Made by a program: the position numbers and the translations under genes. The notes beneath the pieces are model-generated. The model saw only the letters and a list, made by a program, of their open reading frames with translations, had not been told where the DNA came from and made no database searches. A DNA stretch of 63,276 nucleotides, the filler included, from Licmophora abbreviata (lineage: Eukaryota), in NCBI GenBank assembly GCA_900291995.1. It is 11 parts of 11 records of this genome, joined end to end, with 100 filler letters (N's around TTAATTAATTAA, not from the genome) between each part and the next. Parts side by side here need not be neighbours in the genome. Positions count along the whole stretch, not along the records: positions 59,388 to 60,943 come from OLMU01001545.1; positions 61,044 to 63,276 come from OLMU01001547.1; 9 more parts are not named here. One strand, given 5' to 3'. Positions 59,526-63,276 of this stretch are shown one piece after another (positions within the stretch are counted from its first letter, which is position 1; each line of letters begins with the position of its first letter).

Positions 59526-60943
59526 ATGTCACTCGAGAAAACAGCCGAAAACAGGACGTCTCGCAACGTAGTACTTCAACGGCGCGTGCTTATTACCGGC
59601 GCTCTTGGCCTTGCAGTTGTGCTCTTACAATGTGGTCAAATTCACACTGGCAATACTGCTCTGGACTCTGCTCTCGGATCGAGGACAAAAAAGGGTAAGA
59701 GCATTTTACTGCCTGACGAAGCATCATTGAACACCACCACTACCACTACCAGCAACAACAACAACAAGGAGGACAAGCCCATCTGATTCTCCACGTGGGT
59801 CCCCACAAGACGGCCACAACAACACTGCAACAGAAACTGACCACGTTAAAGGACGTACTTGCCAAAGACAATTACACGTTCGCGGGCAGGTTTTGCAACA
59901 TTAAGGTGGTACACTGTGTCGTGGATTTTCATCCCATCGTGAGGCCTCTCAGGTCGACGGAATGCCAACGTCAAGTGGAACAGGCGTGAATAACATATCG
60001 ATCATCAACAGACAGTAGTGGTAGTCTCCGGGACGCCCTTGCGGAGGTCACCTGTTGGAAAACATTCATGAACGAGTTGGATCATTTCCGAAAACTTGGT
60101 CATTCAGTCATTGTATCCGACGAGGTCCTCAGCCTGAATCCCGGCAACTATGACTCGATTGGAAGGGCGCCTTTGGACTGGATTGGGCTCCAAGAGACTC
60201 TTGGGGACGACTGGAATCTATTGGTGGTTGTGGCATACAGACGATACGTCGACTGGTTGCCTTCTGCAAAGCAACAGCGCGAACGCGTTGGGTATCAAGC
60301 ATATCTGAATTGGTGGCCATCTTCATCATCATTTGGCAGTACCGCTAATACGAGTTCTGGTATTCGATTGCAAGCCTTGTTTCCAGACTTTTGGAAACGT
60401 CCACCCCATGCGTTAATGCCATTCTCTTTCACCAACGAGCTCCTCCGCATATACGATCGGCATGTTCCACCCGTGAGAGTGATGAATCTGCATGATCCGG
60501 AGTATGGAGGAAGCGTTACAACTAATTTTCTTTGTTCCGCGCTGCCCCATGCCGTCCATTCATGTCGATACAGTCGATCACTACCGCCGGGCGCGGCCAA
60601 TCCATCTTTCCCACCGAGCTACTATGATGCGCTGACTACTACTGCTGCTGACATGGGACTCTTGGAAACGAGCCGCATCCGTCGTCAAGAGGCAGTCGAC
60701 GCTGCGAGGGAATTTCAAGAAACTGTCCTGCAACTCACAATAGACGATTTTCCTCTCTTGTGTCCGTCGCACGAGGAGCTCGCACTCTTTTTGGAGAAAT
60801 CCATGAAGCTGGAGCAATGGATTCTTCCCGGCTTTGCAGCATCTCCAGATGGAGCTCAAGAACATGAGCGACACTTTTGGGAGACGGCCAATACGACGAG
60901 CAAATACTGTTTCATCGATGCGCGTGGTATACTGGAACACGAC
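59526..60943 (+). pseudogene. Type II membrane P-loop/sulfotransferase-like protein, disrupted (frameshift ~59781, in-frame TGA 59987-59989)
   Basis: The LILHVGPHKTATTTLQ motif is in a different frame from the TM exon. The TGA lies between two in-frame open segments; VIVSDE and VAYRRYVDWLPS follow. Confidence 0.6.
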
Positions 60944-61162
60944 NNNNNNNNNNNNNNNNNNNNNNNNNNNNNNNNNNNNNNNNNNNNTTAATTAATTAAN
61001 NNNNNNNNNNNNNNNNNNNNNNNNNNNNNNNNNNNNNNNNNNNATTGACGCACGACCATAATATGCACTCTGTGTACAGCCGGTGTCCTCTTCCTTTGAA
61101 GTCTACCGTTGCTCGTTCCTCTTTGGTCATCTAGCACTGTTCACGCGACTGCTAGGATCACT

Positions 61163-62890
61163 ATGAGACTGTCATCAGTCGTTCTTCTTCTCCTTTGTGG
61201 GCTTGCAACGCTGGCTACTTCATGCATCACTCAGGAGGACAAGGACAATCTGCTTGGCACCAAGACAAGTACCTACGGCGGCCTCACTTTCTTGCAAGTC
61301 CCTCAAATTCTTTCCGGTAGAGTGAACCCACTCGAAATCTTGGACTGGAAGAATGCTGTTTTCGTAAATTGGGCCATCAAGCCATGGAAAATTAGCTGGC
61401 TGGAAAAGTACCTCCGCCTGCCAGATGATGTGCACATTGCGTCCATTCCGATTGTAAAGGGCGAGGAACCACAGCATTACCTTTCCTTCGCCATCAAGAA
61501 TATTGACGTCCCCCGAGAGTCCGCTGGCGAGGAGGGATTACAGACCACCCAGGTGGACTGGTTCGTCTATGTCACCGTGGGCGATGATCCAGAACCGACG
61601 CTCATGATTATTGAGAGCAACTACGATTTTGAAACGACCTCGCCGCTGGGCGAAATTCCCGTTTCGGATATCACGTTCGACGAGACAGAGGGCGGCTTCA
61701 CTATCGCTGTATCCGACGTGCATACAAACCTGAACGTGTCGATTGACAAGTCCATTACCAAGAGCAAAAGTCTCGATGAAGCTTTCCAGACATCCTTTGA
61801 CAAACTGTACTGGCCAAACGGAGTCTACTCCTTGCTCTCTTCGAATGGCTCACTCCTGCTTTCCCAAGTGCAGTTTGAGCGACGACAAAAGGCTTGGAAT
61901 ATTCTTTCTGGAGAGACGCAAGGATGGACGGTGAACGTTGAAAAGAGCCAATGGAGTAGATTCATTCGATTCGCTCCGGAGAGCGTCATGTACTTTGAGA
62001 AAACTGTCGAGCTTGCTGCCGAAGTGTGGGTCAATATCGAAGATCCGGACCTTGATCTATCAATTCGAGAACTTTTGTTCCTACGCTTGGCCAAGAAAAG
62101 CATCTACTCGGAGCGGGCCGCGAGTCAGACTGCACTCATTAGTTCGTTCGAATGGGAACCGATCATTAAGTTCTCGGTAACCCAGAACGCCCCTGTCTAT
62201 TTCATGAACTTTCGGATCAGAGACGACAAGCTTCAAGCACTCTCTAATTTTATCCCTCTTCAGGAAGGATTGGAACTCGCGAAAGTGCGCTTCCGAGAGA
62301 ATGGACCCGAAGAGTATATCCTGACCCTCAATGTCTACGAGGTAGATGGGCTAGGAGGGCTCGTGACGGGTTTCCGCGCCGACTGGAGCGTTTTTATCAA
62401 AGAGCCTGGATCGGAGCAGCCGCTTTTCATGATTGTTGAGGCGAATTTCAGTGGTGGATCGCTTGATCCTGTCAACGGGCTACAACTTTCGGGGGCAGAG
62501 ACGTTTGAGCATGGAGTGGTTGGTGCTAACGTGGTGACTAAAATACAAGATGGCACCACTGTTCTAGATGCGTCGTTTCCAATGCCTGCTCAGTGCGAGC
62601 GATTCGAACAAAGTGAAACGTGCGACATGGCAGACATCGCTTTGTCTACAGCCAATGATAGAATTTACTATTCGAATGGCATCTATGACTTGGGCCGCTG
62701 GGAAAAGAACATTTTTGGGGCGGAGCCATTGTCTTTGATTGATCCATCCACTGTCACGTTGAACGAGTTTGATACAGTTTGGAATCAGTTCATCGACCCT
62801 GACGTCTATGAACTCGTGGTAACGTTCGAAACTCAAGATTACTATTTGACGCCATGGGCCAACCTGGAGGAAACCCCTGTTTGTTCTTAG
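61163..62890 (+). CDS. Secreted two-domain (internally duplicated) protein, acetoacetate-decarboxylase-like beta fold suspected
   Basis: Signal peptide. Two homologous halves (DWFVYV...PTLMIIES / DWSVFI...PLFMIVEA; DKLYWPNGVY / DRIYYSNGIY). Intronless. Confidence 0.7.
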   Translation: MRLSSVVLLLLCGLATLATSCITQEDKDNLLGTKTSTYGGLTFLQVPQILSGRVNPLEILDWKNAVFVNWAIKPWKISWLEKYLRLPDDVHIASIPIVKGEEPQHYLSFAIKNIDVPRESAGEEGLQTTQVDWFVYVTVGDDPEPTLMIIESNYDFETTSPLGEIPVSDITFDETEGGFTIAVSDVHTNLNVSIDKSITKSKSLDEAFQTSFDKLYWPNGVYSLLSSNGSLLLSQVQFERRQKAWNILSGETQGWTVNVEKSQWSRFIRFAPESVMYFEKTVELAAEVWVNIEDPDLDLSIRELLFLRLAKKSIYSERAASQTALISSFEWEPIIKFSVTQNAPVYFMNFRIRDDKLQALSNFIPLQEGLELAKVRFRENGPEEYILTLNVYEVDGLGGLVTGFRADWSVFIKEPGSEQPLFMIVEANFSGGSLDPVNGLQLSGAETFEHGVVGANVVTKIQDGTTVLDASFPMPAQCERFEQSETCDMADIALSTANDRIYYSNGIYDLGRWEKNIFGAEPLSLIDPSTVTLNEFDTVWNQFIDPDVYELVVTFETQDYYLTPWANLEETPVCS

Positions 62891-62992
62891 CAATAGAATT
62901 ATCCAATGTTACATTGTGATCGTCCCGGGTCATGTGTATGCCTGCTAGAGTCTCCACATGGAAAGGGCGAAAGTCATTCAGCACTTGCTACG

Positions 62993-63276
62993 CTAGTTCT
63001 TTTTATCTTTATCTTTCCCGTCTATCCAATCTTTGAATGCAAACAGAGGAGCCATGGCAGTTCCAATAATTCTACTAGCCGTCGTTTCACTTTCATCCGG
63101 ATGCGGTTGGTATCGTATTCCCTTGACAAACAACCAAAACGCCTCGTAATGAATCCAGAGTTGTACCAAGACACAATAGACTGGAAACTTGAGTAGCGTC
63201 ATGGCACAGGTGAATGGATGTAAATCCTGTCGTTGCAAGGAAACGTGCGCACGAAATTGAAGGCGCGACTGTCGGT
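62993..63276 (-). CDS. DUF1365-family protein, C-terminal fragment
   Basis: IHYEAFWLFVKGIRYQPHP matches the DUF1365 C-terminal motif. Runs off the window end. Confidence 0.7.
   Translation of the reverse strand, partial: RQSRLQFRAHVSLQRQDLHPFTCAMTLLKFPVYCVLVQLWIHYEAFWLFVKGIRYQPHPDESETTASRIIGTAMAPLFAFKDWIDGKDKDKKN

Noticed and set aside
59987..59989. Selenocysteine or stop-codon readthrough at the in-frame TGA
   Set aside because: No redox motif context, the gene also has a frameshift, and TGA terminates other genes in this window normally.
9611..61043. Recurring TTAATTAATTAA palindrome flanked by Ns as a biological repeat or CRISPR-like array
   Set aside because: It is an identical 100-nt artificial contig linker with stops in all six frames.

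Overview
Eukaryotic nuclear DNA, most likely from a diatom (stramenopile). Support: compact genes, short 80-110 nt GT-AG introns, bipartite plastid-type presequences, RXL and LRGG motifs. The window is made of 11 contig pieces joined by an artificial 100-nt spacer (N44-TTAATTAATTAA-N44). At least some joins are true scaffold gaps, because the trehalose-phosphate synthase gene reads through two of them. About 30 protein genes are present. Housekeeping genes include alanyl-tRNA synthetase, Trm10, dolichol kinase, adenosine deaminase, otubain, an SEL1L/Hrd3-like protein, PPR, RCC1, MORN, DnaJ, an NPC1/Patched-like protein and a CBM20-TPS-TPP. There are also several glycan-modifying enzymes and cell-surface proteins, plus an internally deleted DIRS-type tyrosine-recombinase remnant. 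The most notable candidates are: (1) an intronless fusion of an epimerase C-terminus, an NDP-sugar C-methyltransferase and a GT2-like glycosyltransferase; (2) a Lys-rich/acidic 34-aa-repeat membrane protein with an RXL site, a possible silica-biomineralisation protein; (3) a signal-peptide-bearing Ddi1-like protease divergent from the SEL1L-like gene; (4) a His/Cys-repeat surface protein; (5) two bacterial-like secreted proteins. Several single-base frameshifts point to sequencing indels or pseudogenes. No rRNA, tRNA or CRISPR array was recognised. All family calls come from motif recognition by eye, with no database search.
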